From contig NC_043004.1 of the NCBI RefSeq assembly GCF_006345805.1, positions 12,710,001 through 12,774,000 of the forward strand: a DNA stretch of 64,000 nucleotides, written 5' to 3'. Of the stretch, positions 11,501-24,252 are shown piece by piece. The notes under the pieces were generated by a model that saw only the letters and a list, made by a program, of their open reading frames with translations, was not told where the DNA came from and searched no databases. The translations under genes were made by a program, and so were the position numbers. Position 1 is the first letter of the stretch. Each line of letters starts with the position of its first letter. Origin of the DNA: Octopus sinensis. Lineage: Eukaryota.

Positions 11501-11692
11501 TACTAAGGTTTGGAAATTTCCACCTCTATTTCTAATTAAAACATCAAAATAACACGTTTGGAAAGACTTGCCAGTGTCTGGAACAATTTTTTCATGGGTT
11601 CCCTTGCTGTAAGCTGTTTTTATACATTTGCAACATATGATATGCTTGTTCACTCTCAACCTAATTGTGAGTACATTACACATCTTATACTA

Positions 11693-11824
11693 CGGTAATC
11701 CTTCGCCATATCGCGGTTCACCTATTGCGGTTCATCTATTTGCTGTTTATTATTTAAGCTTACATCGATTCCTCTGTAGTGTTGTTTTGCATTTATAATA
11801 AAATCAATACATATAATTACAGAA

Positions 11825-11901
<77 letters not shown>

Positions 11902-11997
11902 ATATATATACAGTACAGTACTGTTTCTACTTCGCGGATTTTCACCTATCGCGGGCGATTTTGGAAGGTAACACCCGCGATAGTCGAGGGATTACTG
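11693..11997. mobile_element. Tigger/pogo-type MITE with internal (TA)n
   Basis: TA|CGGTAATCCTTCGCCATATCGCGG ... CCGCGATAGTCGAGGGATTACTG|TA: imperfect TIRs and TA TSD. Confidence 0.8.
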
Positions 11998-12066
11998 TAT
12001 ATCCATAGATTACATAGAATACAGCATCCTTACCTAATCCTTGTTTGCCTTTTTTAATCTTTCCTA

Positions 12067-12283
12067 CAAGGAGGTGCTGAAAAGTTCCTGGCTTTGAGTA
12101 AAAGAAAATAGAGGAGGATCAATTTATTACCATTTGGTTCAACATATTCTCCTCTCAGATTCACGCACTTATTGCAGTGGTCCTTCAGTTTTTCTAAGCC
12201 ATGTAAAAGAACTTGGAAGGTTAGACCTCTAACCAGTCCTTTCGCGATACCCTTAAAGTCAGGAAATTTTCAGCACTCACTCG
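12067..12283. mobile_element. Mariner-derived MITE
   Basis: TA|CAAGGAGGTGCTGAAAAGTTCCTGGCTTT ... AAAGTCAGGAAATTTTCAGCACTCACTCG|TA: ~29-bp TIRs, TA TSD. Confidence 0.88.
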
Positions 12284-13602
12284 TAGATTTACTTTGTTTC
12301 CACGTATGGAAATTGTTTCCTTACTGCTCTACATTTTCATCAATGAGGACTGAGTCACACGTATTCTAAAGTTGCCACAGAAATCCAATCTGTAAATCTT
12401 CTGTTATGATCAGATTTATAATGAACGAGAGTAGACCGAAGACTTAACACCGAGGAACATTAGGTTGCACACTAAATTTCTAGCAAAACTCATCACTAAC
12501 TCTCTCGATGCTGACGATATCTCTTCTCATGGTTTGAATAATTCTCACCAGCGACACCAGCATTAGTTTTTCTAGCAGCCTGAAGATTACAGAGCTTGGT
12601 GCTCTGTCAAAGGCATTCTCCGTCTCAATAAATGCTAGCTAGAATGAATGCTTAACTAGAAACTTCTGTACTTGTTTTACTCGATATTGTCTATGGGTGG
12701 TTTTTTACTTTCTGGTACAAGCCCAAACTACATCTCGCGTAAGCTAATTCTCTCCTTATTCAATTATATGTGTGCGTGCATACGTGAGTATGTGTACGTG
12801 TGTGTGTGTGCTTGCATGTTCATATGCATGCGTATAACAACCGTAAGTACGCAATGGTAGCACATCGAACACAAGAAAGTACATACACACATATTTACGG
12901 ACTTATGCAGATATACCCTCATATTCATAATGTACATAGACACACACATATACATACACTTTGACAACACATGCGCCAGCAGAAGACAGAGAGAGAGAGA
13001 GAAAGAGTGCGAGCTCTCGCTAGGGTGTTAAATAAATATATATAACATAGACATAGACCATAGACAAGCATACTTTTGTACCATATTTGTATACATAGAT
13101 AAGCCTGTACACATGCAAACACAAACACACACGCAAACACCACGTCCTCTCTAATCATGGTCTTTGTACCATACTCCTCCGTAGATATACATCTATAAAC
13201 AAAGTCATAAAAATAAAAAAAAACCCACTCACACAAGCACGCATACCTCCATCATCCCAAAACTACATAACTATCCATTATGCTACATTTATTCAATTTT
13301 TTAGAATATGTCGTAAATTAACAGCAAATCAGCGTGTTTGTTGTTGAGAGTAGCAACTTCAGTGGCAGAAATGTTATACGTAAACACAGCTGAAACAATA
13401 CCAGAAACAACAGAATCAGCGATACCAGTAACAAAATCTTAAGTAAGCAGCAGGCTCCGTAGTAGAGGCGGCAATTAATTATGCATCATTCCACAAAGGC
13501 CTCTGCAAGTAATCCATCCAAGTGGTTCAACTGCGAGTGGTTAAGGAGTAAAACCTCGCATCTATGTGGTTTCTGGTTCGATCTCAACTTGCATAAATGC
13601 TT

Positions 13603-13824
13603 TTTACTCTTTTACTTGTTTCAGTCATTTGACTACGGCCATGCTGGAGCACCGCCTTTAGTCGAACAAATCGCCCCCAGGATTTATTGTTTGTAAGCCT
13701 AGTACTTATTCTATCGAATCCCTTTTGCCGAACCGCTAAGTTACGTGGATGTAAACACACCAGCATCGGTTGTCAAGCGATGTTGGGGGACAAATACAGA
13801 CACACAAACACACACACCACACAC

Positions 13825-13858
<34 letters not shown>

Positions 13859-14032
13859 CATATATACGACGGTCCTCTTTTAGTTCCCGTCTACTAAATC
13901 CACTCACAAGGCTTTTGGTCGGCCCAAAGCTATAGTAGAAGATACTTGCCCAAGGTTCCACGCAGTGGGACTGAACCCAAAACTATGTGTTTGGTAAGCA
14001 AGCTACTTACCATACAGCCATTCCTGCACCTG
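13603..14032 (-). mobile_element. SINE family B
   Basis: Full-length reverse-complement copy. Confidence 0.9.
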
Positions 14033-14374
14033 AACATAAATGGAGGACGTTTTAGGCAAATTTGGTTGATAAGAGCAGTATTGAAGCCTATTGGTTGTGA
14101 GTAGTACTGTTCTTGAATAAATTTAATTCACAACTTGGTCTAACTAGACCATCCGGTGCTTAGAAGCTTTTAGTAGTTCACTGTGTTACAAGATTTCATA
14201 CGAAACCTCTGGCTTAACTGTAAGTTCTGTGAGTTCCTCTATTCATTTTATCAGTGTCGGGGGCCCTTGAAAGCAGTCCTGAGTCTTTCCACTGAGTAAG
14301 TAAGCACTGTGTCGAGTCTTTGGACGCACAGGGTCCGTGCTGAACAAGTGCTTGATATCACGCCATTCCGTCGT

Positions 14375-14688
14375 GTTGTTGTTGTTGCTTCCTCCTTCTC
14401 GAGCCATTCCTGGCTCATAAGGGCCGGTTTCCCCGGTTTTATTGGCGTATAGGTTCCCCACCGGACGGGACGCCGGTCCATCGCAGGTGAGCTGCTAGAC
14501 GCAGGAGGAAAGAGTGAAAGAAAGTTGTGGCGAAAGAGTCAGCAGAGGTTCGCCATTACCTTCTGCTGGAGCCGCGTGGAGCTTAAGTGTTTCGCTCATA
14601 AACACATACAACGCCCGGTCTGAGATTCGAACCCGCGATCCGTCGACTGCGAGTCCACTGCTGTAACCACTAGGCCATGGGCGTCCAC
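14375..14688 (-). mobile_element. SINE family D (tRNA-Arg-like head with V-domain-like core)
   Basis: Minus strand contains CTCACCTGCGATGGACCGGCGTCCCGTCCGGTGGGGAACC; head shared with family C; (AAC)n tail. Confidence 0.85.
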
Positions 14689-14959
14689 CCATTCCGTCGT
14701 AGGGTGACTTATTTACAGCTGAGTGGACAGAGGCAGCGTGAAATCAGGCATTTTACTTAAGTACACACCGCAACGCCCGGTTAAAGAATCGAAACCGCTA
14801 TCTTGCGATCGTAAGAGCAGCCCCTTAACCACCAAACCACGTGTCTTAACATATACTCCGAGTAAAACATATACTCCGAGTTAAAAGAAAAATATGTCAT
14901 CACGAATATACATTATGCACGCTTATTTACTGACTTTAATGAATTTATCTTTTGTCTGT

Positions 14960-15105
14960 TATCTTTAACTTGCTTCAGTCATAAGATTGCGGCCATGCTG
15001 GGGCACCACGTCAGAGAATTTTTAGTTGAATGTATCGACACCAGTACAAATTCTTTTAAAGCCTAGTACTTATTCTATCGATATAGAGTTACGGGGGCGT
15101 AAACA
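14960..15105 (-). mobile_element. SINE family B, 3' fragment
   Basis: TTCAGTCATAAGATTGCGGCCATGCTGGGGC...GCCTAGTACTTATTCTATCG. Confidence 0.7.
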
Positions 15106-15409
15106 CGGGGGCCGTGTTAGAAATACTGTTTGAGATTTTCGGAGAGGTCAAATAAAATTACCAGACAAGAACTCATTTTGATATTTCTCTATACGTATCA
15201 GAGCCTCCAAATTTGTAGATTTATGCCAATTAGAAAAATCATCATCGTGATCAAGATGATGATGATGATGATGATGAATATCTTAACTTCTTTGGGGGGG
15301 GAGGTCGGTAAATAATCACCATGTGAGTACTGGTGTCATTGTAATCGACTAACTCAATCCGCCAAAATTTCAGACCTTGTACCTGTAGTAGAAAGGATTA
15401 GCGTTATCA

Positions 15410-15522
15410 TTGTCCACCTCCTCCTCTCCTTCCTCCTCCCCTCCTCTCTCTCCTTCTTCCATTTTCCTCTTCCTCCTCCCCTCCTCCTACTGATTCAGCT
15501 GCTGCTACTGCTGCTGCTGCTG

Positions 15523-15583
<61 letters not shown>

Positions 15584-15670
15584 AACTGCTGCTGCTGCTG
15601 CTGCTGCTACTACTGCTAGTACTACTACTCTCTCGCCTCCTCCATCATCATCATCAATCATCATCATCAT
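15410..15670. repeat. (CCT)n/(CTG)n/(CTA)n/(CAT)n compound trinucleotide repeat
   Basis: Visible. Confidence 0.92.
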
Positions 15671-16234
15671 CAGATCTTTGAGCAATACGTCAAGAATTTC
15701 TTTTCTTAGAACCAGAATTCGCACAACTTGGATAAAGCGCACGCACACATAAACATATAGACACCCACATACACACACCCACACAAACACACACACATAC
15801 ACTTCCTGGAGATTAATAATGATAATCACTATTAACAAGAACTTGAGTGCGTAAACAATACATCAAAACACGCATTGAATTATTTAGGCTGAACAAAGTC
15901 ATTTATCGTTAACAAAAATGATCGAATATATTTAACAAATATTGTTTAAGGTTAATAAAAATCTTCGAGGTTAACAAGTGCTGTGTGAGAATGCTCTAAC
16001 AATGCTTACGGATCCTATTTTCTGAAACGTGACTATGTCTATTTATATATATAATTTCGCAATGACATTACAGAATTGGTTGCGTATCGTATGTTGTGTC
16101 GATTAGACATAGCATGACAGATGTATTTCATAGCGGCCATATTGTTTGTCGCTCAATAGCTATGCTGGTTTAATCTCCGTTTTAAATATCGTTTGCGAGC
16201 GATAGTATAATCACATTAATATTTGTTTCAAATT

Positions 16235-16440
16235 TTGACACAAGTCCAGTAATTTCGGGGTGAGGAGTGTTAAGTCGATTCCATTGACCCCAATGCTCGA
16301 CTGGTATTTATTTTATTGACCCCGAAAGGATGTAAGGCAATGTTGACCTGGGCAGCATTCGATCTCGGAGCGTAGAATCAGAAGAAATGCCGCTAAGCAT
16401 TTTCCCCGGTATGGTAATGACTCGGCCAGCTCACCGCCTC
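16235..16440 (-). mobile_element. SINE family A (MetaSINE-like), diverged
   Basis: GACCCCGAAAGGATGTAAGGC...CCGCTAAGCATTT...CCAGCTCACCGCCT on plus. Confidence 0.8.
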
Positions 16441-16464
16441 AATGTTAACTAATATTAATTGATA

Positions 16465-16808
16465 CATTTGTTTCAGTCATTTAACTGCGGCCATGCAGGA
16501 GCACTGCCTTTAGTCGAACAAATCACCCCCAGGAATTATTCTTTGTAAGCCTAGTACTTATTCTATCGGTATTTTTTCCGAACTGCTAAGTTGTCAAGCG
16601 ATGGTGGGGGTGGGGACAAAACACACACACACATACGCACACATATAACGGGCTTCTTTTAGTTTCTGCCAACCAAATCCTCTCAGAAGGCTTTGATTTG
16701 CTCGAGGCTATAGTAGAAGACAGTTGCCCAAGGTGCCACGCAGTGGAACTGAACCGGGAACCATGTGGTTGGCAAGCAAGCTATTTACCACACAACCACT
16801 CCTGCGTC
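16465..16808 (-). mobile_element. SINE family B
   Basis: Reverse-complement copy with a short internal deletion. Confidence 0.88.
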
Positions 16809-16861
16809 TATAATATTTAATATAAAATGATAAATATAATTAATTTGGAAATAATATTTGT

Positions 16862-17065
16862 GTCGGCGATCTGGCAGAATCGTTAGCAGGCCGGACAAAA
16901 ACACCTAACGGCATTTCGTTCGTCTTTACTGTTTGAGTTTAAATTCCACCGACGTCGAGTTTGCTTTTCATTCTTTCGGCGTCGATAAAATAAGTACCAG
17001 CTGTATACTGGGGTCAATATCATCGATTTGTCCCTATCCTCCATATTGCTGGACTTGTGACACAA
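16862..17065 (+). mobile_element. SINE family A
   Basis: GGCGATCTGGCAGAATCGTTAGC...CTTTTCATTCTTTCGGCGTCGATAAAATAAGTACCAG. Confidence 0.85.
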
Positions 17066-17544
17066 TTCTCAAACGATTCCATCAAAGCAAATTTTACAAG
17101 GTAATATTATTAGACACCGCGAGTTTTTATTTTCCTTTGGATTAAAACAATATAACATTTTATCGAAAATAATCTTTCTATAGTCAACTATAGCAAAGGA
17201 CATTTTTACGACGACGACGTCACATTTTGTTTATGAGCGTGCATGTATCTGAGCGTGTGTGTGTGTGTTTGCGTGTTCATTACATACGACATAGTAAAAA
17301 GACATTTTATACTACCGTTACCTCAACGACGACACATTTTGTATATGAGTGTGAGTGTGTGTGCGCGCGAATTCGTTACGTACGAGACAGAAAGGACATT
17401 TCATACAACGACGACGACGACGACACATTTTGTATATGAGTTGTATATCTGTCTGCGCATTCGTTATTTAATGTGTGACTGTGTGTCTGTCATAGTATAT
17501 GAATGTGAGTTTATATGAGAGTGTGTCACTGTATGTGATAGTGT

Positions 17545-18106
17545 ATGTGTGTGTGTGTGAATATATGTGTGATTGTCAATTACACTGATGTAAACTGGTT
17601 ATGTGAAAGAGCTATACTGGCTCCAACTAATGAAATGGATAAACTCTATCATGAACGTCATCAAAAGTTAACAGATACATCAGAAAGGACTTTTCCATCA
17701 ATTCACACAATAGTCGATCAAGATCAGGTCGTTCAATAGCCTGCTGAATTTCTGAACACATTTAAACCCAGCGGAAATCCACAGCATAACTTGACACTAA
17801 ATCTGGATGCTCCCATTATGCTCCTTAGCAACCTTGGCCCACTTCGCCTATGTAATGGAACTCGCTTAATTGTTACTTCCATGAAGTTCCATGTCCTACA
17901 GGCAACATTCATAACAGGTAGTCACAAAGAAGAAAATGTCATAGGCGCAGGAGTGGCTGTGTGGTAAGTAGCTTGCTTACCAACCACATTGTTCTGGGTT
18001 CAGTCCCACTGCGTGGCACCTTTGGGCAAGTGTCTTCTACTATAGCCTCGGGCCGACCAAAGCCCTGTGAGTGGATTTGGTAGACGGAAACTGAAAGACG
18101 CCCGTC

Positions 18107-18148
<42 letters not shown>

Positions 18149-18746
18149 CTGTGTGTGTGTTTGTGTGTCTGTGTTTGTCCCCAACATCGCTGACAACCAA
18201 TGCTGGTGTGTTTACGTCCCCGTAACTTAGCGGTTCTGCAGGAGAAACCGATAGAATAAGTACTAGGCTTACAAAGAATAAGTCATGGGCGATGCTCCAG
18301 CATGGCCGCAGTCAAATGCCGGAAACAAATAAAAGAAAAAATTCCAAAATTTCCTCTCATACCTTCAGATGTTCCATTTGAATTTAAGACGCTTCAGTTT
18401 CCAGTCAAACTAAGTTTTGGTATTTCACTTAACAAATCTTAGGTAGAATCCCTCAAGGTAGTTAGACTTCATCTCTGTACTAAATGCATCTGCCACGGCT
18501 AACTCTGTTTTGGCTGCAAACGAGTTGAAAGCAGCAACAATTTATTCATTTGAACACCAACAAATTACACAATATTGTTTACCTTGAGGTGCTTCATGAT
18601 GGACAGATTTTTAGTTCTAAGTTCTATTAAAAATGAAATATAGATATTTTGAAATAATTATAAGAAAAAATATATCTTCATATTTATTGTTTACTGATGT
18701 GAATAAGAACAGCAGTAACCCGTGCAACGCCGGGTAATTCAGCTAG
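17545..18746 (+). mobile_element. Helitron 3' fragment (Pif1 helicase C-terminal half plus intact 3' terminus), interrupted by a SINE
   Basis: WLCERAILAPTNE; EFLNTFKPSG; IMLLSNL..LCNGTRL; IPSDVPFEFKTLQFPVKLSFGISLNKS. 3' hairpin ACCCG-TGCAACGC-CGGGT (18718-18735), then CTAG|T (18743-18746). Confidence 0.92.
17942..18338 (+). mobile_element. SINE family B nested in the Helitron ORF
   Basis: Full-length copy between helicase codons ...EENV and IPKFPLIP.... Confidence 0.92.
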
Positions 18747-18774
18747 TGTTTAATATAATATAATACTCTTTCAT

Positions 18775-18885
18775 CCTTTTGGGGTCGATAAATTAAGTAC
18801 CAGTTGCGTACTGGTGTTGATCGAATCAACTGCCCCCCCCCTCACCCCAAATTTCAGGCCTTGTGCCAATACTAGAAAGGATTTG
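18775..18885 (+). mobile_element. SINE family A, 3' half
   Basis: CTTTCATCCTTTTGGGGTCGATAAATTAAGTACCAGTTGCGTACTGG. Confidence 0.8.
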
Positions 18886-19614
18886 ATATATCTCTTGGTT
18901 CATAGCACATAGGAAAGACATGATTCTCACGGCTGGGATGCCATCGATTATTTGACTGAGGCTAAGCAGCAGCAACAACAAAAACAGCAACAGCATCAAA
19001 AGCAACCACCACCACAACAACAACAACAACTACAGCAGCAGCAGCAGCAACACTTCACGGCTTGGATTGCTGACAGTTAAGTATATTTACGGACGTCGAC
19101 GGCCGCTTCCCACCGGCGCCAGTATCGCTCAAACAACAGACACTCTTCCCTATTACTTTGTCTTCACTGACCGACCGACCGACCGACCGAGCGCCTTATT
19201 TACTTAGCCAACCATCAGCGACTCTAAAAAGAGGATAAGAGTGTTTAAATGAATGGAAATCCTTATACAAACATCAATTTGCAGTGTTGTATGTATAAGT
19301 TAATACCAACTGATCAATTACTTTATCCGACTGTCTTTGGTGGCTTCCATTGATTCGTGTGTGGGATTTTCTTGGTTGCTCGGAAAGCCATTGATCCAGT
19401 CCAGGTCATATTGGAGTCGATAGTGCTGTGTCTATAGCATATCTTAGCGTGATTGTTTTGCGAGTGTGTGTGTGTGTGTGTGTGTGTGGATGTCTGTGCG
19501 TGTGTGTGTGTGTGTGTGTGTGTGAGAGCACAGGCGAATACGTCAATATGTAAGTGCGTGCACGTGTGTATTTGTTCATATTTTTCAATGAATATCTCGT
19601 ATAACTGACAATGC

Positions 19615-19800
19615 GATTGTTGTTTGGCTCCAGATTAAATCTAACACAGTCATGTATAGATCAAAGGCATTCTAGCCATGGCCATCCTGTCCTATTCCTG
19701 CTACAAGATACTCGGAAGTATAATATTTATGATTTCTTCTTTTTTCTTTAATAGATCTTGCCGTGGAATTTTCAGAAGATTTGCCTGCAATTTCTAAGAG
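19615..19800 (-). repeat. Interspersed repeat family E
   Basis: Minus strand TAGAAATTGCAGGCAAATC...GGCCATGGCTAGAATGCCTTTGATC...GGAGCCAAACAACAA. Confidence 0.55.
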
Positions 19801-19984
19801 GTCCAGAGACTGTACGATGACCACCGCTGGTCAGCATACACTACACGGTTTCTCTATGCGTGTGTACAAGCATTTACTGTGTATGTACTGTTCGGGATAG
19901 ATTCGACAGTTTGAATAAAAGGAAAAACAAAAGTACAATAAAAGTATTTAAAAAAAATCAAAAATATCGACTAGAAAATGGCTG

Positions 19985-20560
19985 GGAAATAACAGTTTGC
20001 TCAAAGTAGCCGCCGTTAGCTTCCATCACAGCCTCAAGATGGCTCCAGAAGCTGGTGCATGTGTTCCTCAGTAATTCCTGGTAATATCTTGGAACACTTT
20101 GAAATTAGTCACTAGCTTAGCCTTGGTGCCGCAGTGAGAGCGGTTGGTGTATTTCCCAACTGTGCCTCACACTTAGTAATTCATAGAATTACAATCGGAA
20201 GAATTAGGAGGCCAGAAATTTGCGCTAGTGGAGTCGTAGATATTCTTCGACAACTACTTATTGCATTTTGCATAGGAATTACACAGAACAGAATCCCACT
20301 GTAAACATATATTTCACACAGCCGTCTGAATTGAGCCTAAGTCCCTGTTAAAAAATGTTGGGATGAATTCCTGCGAGTGGATGCAGTTAGAACATCTTCT
20401 GTGTCCCTTTCTTCTGGCCGCACTTTCGTAGTCTCCGTTGCAGCTGACCACATATCACGTCTTACAGGCTTTACAGCGCTCACAGAGTACTGAGCAGCAG
20501 TGATGATGATGTCGACGTTTTGATACCCGACGTGAATCATCATAATACATTATTTCGAAG
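19985..20560 (-). pseudogene. Decayed, internally deleted Tc1/mariner-superfamily transposase
   Basis: Minus strand: NFWPPNSSDCNSMNY (WPPxSPDLNPxDY motif) and a C-terminal remnant ending in GGYF-like codons; an N-terminal piece reads CNGDYESAARRKGHRR. TIRs not identified. Confidence 0.7.
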
Positions 20561-20809
20561 CGTTCACGGTGTCATATGAGGATCTGATCAATTACTTTGC
20601 AGTGAAAGAAAAAAACAAAAAAAAAAACAGTAGGAGTAAACTTTTCAAATATAAATGAAATGGAAGTATGCAAAAAGAAACATAATTTCTCATCTTTGTT
20701 GGTTTTGCTCCACTTTGAAAAATTAGAATAATATTTTAAGGTTCATTATTGTCTGTATTCTAAATTATATATATATGGAGACACCAAAATGTTTTAAGTG
20801 CTTGGCGCA

Positions 20810-21066
20810 TCTATGGATCTAAATCCGGTCCAGCGATGTTGGCGGGGACAAACACAGACACACAAACATATACACACATGTATATATGCATATATACGAC
20901 GGGCTTCTTTCAGTTTCCGTCTACTAAATCCACTCACAAGGCTTTGGTCGGACCGAGGCTATAGTAGAAGACACTTGCCCAAGGTGCCACGCAGTGGGAC
21001 TGAACCCGGAACATTGTGGTAAGGAACCATGCGGTAAGGAAGCTACTTACCACACAGCCACTCCTC
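20810..21066 (-). mobile_element. SINE family B, 5' two-thirds
   Basis: GACACTTGCCCAAGGTGCCACGCAGTGGGACTGAACCC on plus; short internal duplication of GTGGTAAGGAA. Confidence 0.85.
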
Positions 21067-21449
21067 GGTCTGCGTGCATGTGTGCATGTGTGCTTATGTG
21101 TGTATGTATGTTTATTTGTATGCGTGCAAACACACGCGGCGAATGTCGCTTCGTTAATATATGTAAGGAACTATAAGATCCAGATGAGTGACAATAAGCA
21201 GAAAGGGGACAGAGATGGATTAACGAATGAAAAGGGAAATAAGGGAGGATTGGGGAGCTAAAGCAAAATCAACAACAAAAAGCTGAAGTAATGGAAACAC
21301 AAAAGAAAGAAAAAAAATACAATGACGATGGTGTCGTTGTTGGTTGGCTGTGTAGTTGTTGTTATTGTTGTTGATGCTGGTGGTGCATTAAGTGAAGTGG
21401 AGCCGAATTAGCTAATGTAAACGTAGGAAGAGACTACTGTTTATTTGTT

Positions 21450-21870
21450 ACGGTGGTGGTGGCGGCGGTGGTGGTGGTGGTGGAGGAGATGGTGTTGGAG
21501 ATGGTGTCAGAAATGGTGGTGGTGGTGGGGCGGATGTGATTGTGGTGGCGGCGGTGGCAGCGGTGATAGTGGCGGTGGCGGCGGCGGCAGCGGTGGTAGT
21601 AGAACTGAGGTGGTGGTGGTGGTGCGGTGGTGGTAGAGGTGGCAGTGGTGTTGTAGTTGGTGGTGGTGGTGGTGGCGGAGGTGTTGGAGATGGTGTCAGA
21701 GATGGTGATGGTGGTGGTGGCGGTGGCGGATGTCATAGTGTTGGCGTCAGCGGCAGCAGCGGCAATGGCGGTGGCTTTACTGATGCGGATGGTGATGGCG
21801 TTGGCGATGGTGCCGGAGATGGTGGTGGTGGTGTTTTGTTCTGGTGGTTATGAGGTGGTGGTTATGAGGT
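21450..21870. repeat. Degenerate (GGT)n/(GGC)n tract with an internal repeated block GGTGTTGGAGATGGTGTCAGA
   Basis: Visible; the block occurs near 21491 and 21680. Confidence 0.88.
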
Positions 21871-22385
21871 GGGGTGCTTGAGATGTTGGTTGTGTGGGGG
21901 TGTGAGTGGAGGCTTACACAAAGCTCTCTTTCGAGCCGAAGAAGCAGCTGACCTTGCAGAATTCCGCTTCCTTGTTGGTTGTTCACATCTTATCAGCATA
22001 TTACACCCTCGTCACAATTTCACACAGAACCCACCCGCAATCCCACACAAACGCAAACACACACTCACTCACATGCGCGCGCACACAAAGGCAGTCGTAA
22101 TTCCTATTTAATCATCAATGGGAAAGGGAGTGTGGTTAAGAACCCCTGAATTGTAGCTACATTATTTCGCATTCAATCCCGCTGCGCAGTATCTTGGATA
22201 AGTATGTTTGCGTATTCTACAGTAGGCCGGGGTGGATCAATGACATGTGTGGAAGCCCGCCCTACATATGTATATATATATATATATATATATTTATAAT
22301 AAGAGTAGATCGTATACGAGTGGGTATATATTTGTAAACTTCTTTTTTACAATATATATATATATATATATATATATAGGTTTAA

Positions 22386-22607
22386 GACACAGAACCACCT
22401 TCACGCAGCTCAATCAATATTGAACGACATTATCTATGATAGAGATATATAAGATTAAATTTTATTAAAATTAATGTCTACAATTACTACTCTGAATCAT
22501 ATATTAAATCATATAGACTACGCGCGTTTCATGACAATATATCTATCGGTATTGCTGAAATGGAAGATCTCGAAATTCAATACCATGCTTGAAGGTGGTT
22601 CTGTCTC
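22386..22607. mobile_element. Kolobok-like MITE (TTAA TSD, 5'-RR termini)
   Basis: TTAA|GACACAGAACCACCTTCA ... TGAAGGTGGTTCTGTCTC|TTAA: 18-bp TIR with one mismatch; termini begin GA, not the CCC of piggyBac. Confidence 0.75.
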
Positions 22608-22712
22608 TTAAATCTCTAGATATATATGTATATAATACAGCGAGAAATTCACTTTAGTACCACTAAATTGAATTTCTCTCCCCTGTGGACTCGGAAATAA
22701 CTTCCCTAATAT

Positions 22713-22751
<39 letters not shown>

Positions 22752-22754
22752 CCT

Positions 22755-22962
22755 TTTCTTTTCTAGGCACAACGCCCGAAATTTTGGTGTAGGGGGTCCA
22801 GTCGAAGCACACACAGTACGCAATAGGCACTTAATTTATCGACCCCGACAGGATTAAAGGCAAAGTCAACCTCGGCGGAATTTGAAATCAGAACATAAAG
22901 GTAGACGAAATACCGCTAAGCATTTAGCCCGGTGTGCTAACGTTTCTCCCAGCTCGCCGCCA
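22755..22962 (-). mobile_element. SINE family A
   Basis: GACCCCGACAGGATTAAAGGCAAAGTCAACCTCGGCGGAATTTG...CCAGCTCGCCGCC. Confidence 0.88.
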
Positions 22963-23656
22963 ACAAAATGTATATGTATATATATATCGAGAGCAGCGAG
23001 CACATGTGAAGTTGCTTTTCACTGTGAAACGTTCTCCATGTTTGAAGGAGAACTCTGACCCTCAATTAAATTGACGCAATTTAATTGCCGGATGTCCCCT
23101 AACCACTAAGCCACGCACCTGCACACACACGCGCGCCTGCACACACACACGCACGCCTGCACACACGCGCGTCTGCACACACACTCGCGCCTGCGCGCGC
23201 ACTTATATATACACCACCGTTTAGCAACCGGTCCCGGTTTGTTTAAGCAGCCGTAGACTAGCGCTTCAGCAACCTAGACGAAATAATTCGTTCTAGACTT
23301 AAAAGATAAAACTTACATGGCCGCAATCCAATGAATGATACAAGTATAAGATAAAAGATAACTATAATTTTATTATTTATGTTTCAATATGAAGATATAG
23401 TTCCTTCAAATGTATTTAGATTATAGAAATACATAAGATGGTATCTATGTTCTCTCGAAAGTTTGGCTGGTTTGCTTCTCAGAGATAACAGCAGCGTATT
23501 TAGAAACAATCATGAACCTCAAAGTTCCTCTTTTTATGAAGGTGATGCGGTTATTATTTGGTGTTATATGTTTATCTGTGTCAGAAATATGGATTCATCT
23601 ACAGGGAAAGGATATATGTGTGTATATAAATACGTAATACATTCATACATACATCC

Positions 23657-23716
<60 letters not shown>

Positions 23717-23799
23717 TATATATATACATACATATATATATATGTATAACACACATACACAAACACACGTATATATATATACATATATGTTCTTTTATG

Positions 23800-24200
23800 C
23801 TTTTATTCTTTCACTTGTTTCAGTCATTTGACTACAGCAATGCTGGAGCATCGCCTTTAGTCGAACAAATCCAGCCCAGGACTTACTCTTTGTATGCCAA
23901 GTACTTATTCGATCAATCTCTTTGGCCGAACTGCTTAGTTACGGGGACGTAAAGACACCAACATCGTTTGTCAAACGATGTGGGGGTGGGAGGGACAAAC
24001 ATAAACATACAAACATAAATATTTACATATATATATATACGACGGACTTCTTTTAATTCCCGTCTACCAAATCTACTCACAAGGCTTTGGTCGACCCCAC
24101 GCTATATCAGCAGACACTTGCCCAAGGTGCCACGCAATAGGGCTGAACCCGGAACCATGTGTTTGGGAAGCAAGCTTTTTACCACACTGCCACGCCCGCG

Positions 24201-24203
<3 letters not shown>
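23800..24203 (-). mobile_element. SINE family B
   Basis: Full-length reverse-complement copy. Confidence 0.9.

Positions 24204-24249
<46 letters not shown>

Positions 24250-24252
<3 letters not shown>

Noticed and set aside
20440-20530. Minus-strand HHHHCCSVLCERCKACK resembling a Wnt C-terminus or metal-binding motif
   Set aside because: It lies in a frameshifted Tc1/mariner transposase remnant, with stops on both sides.
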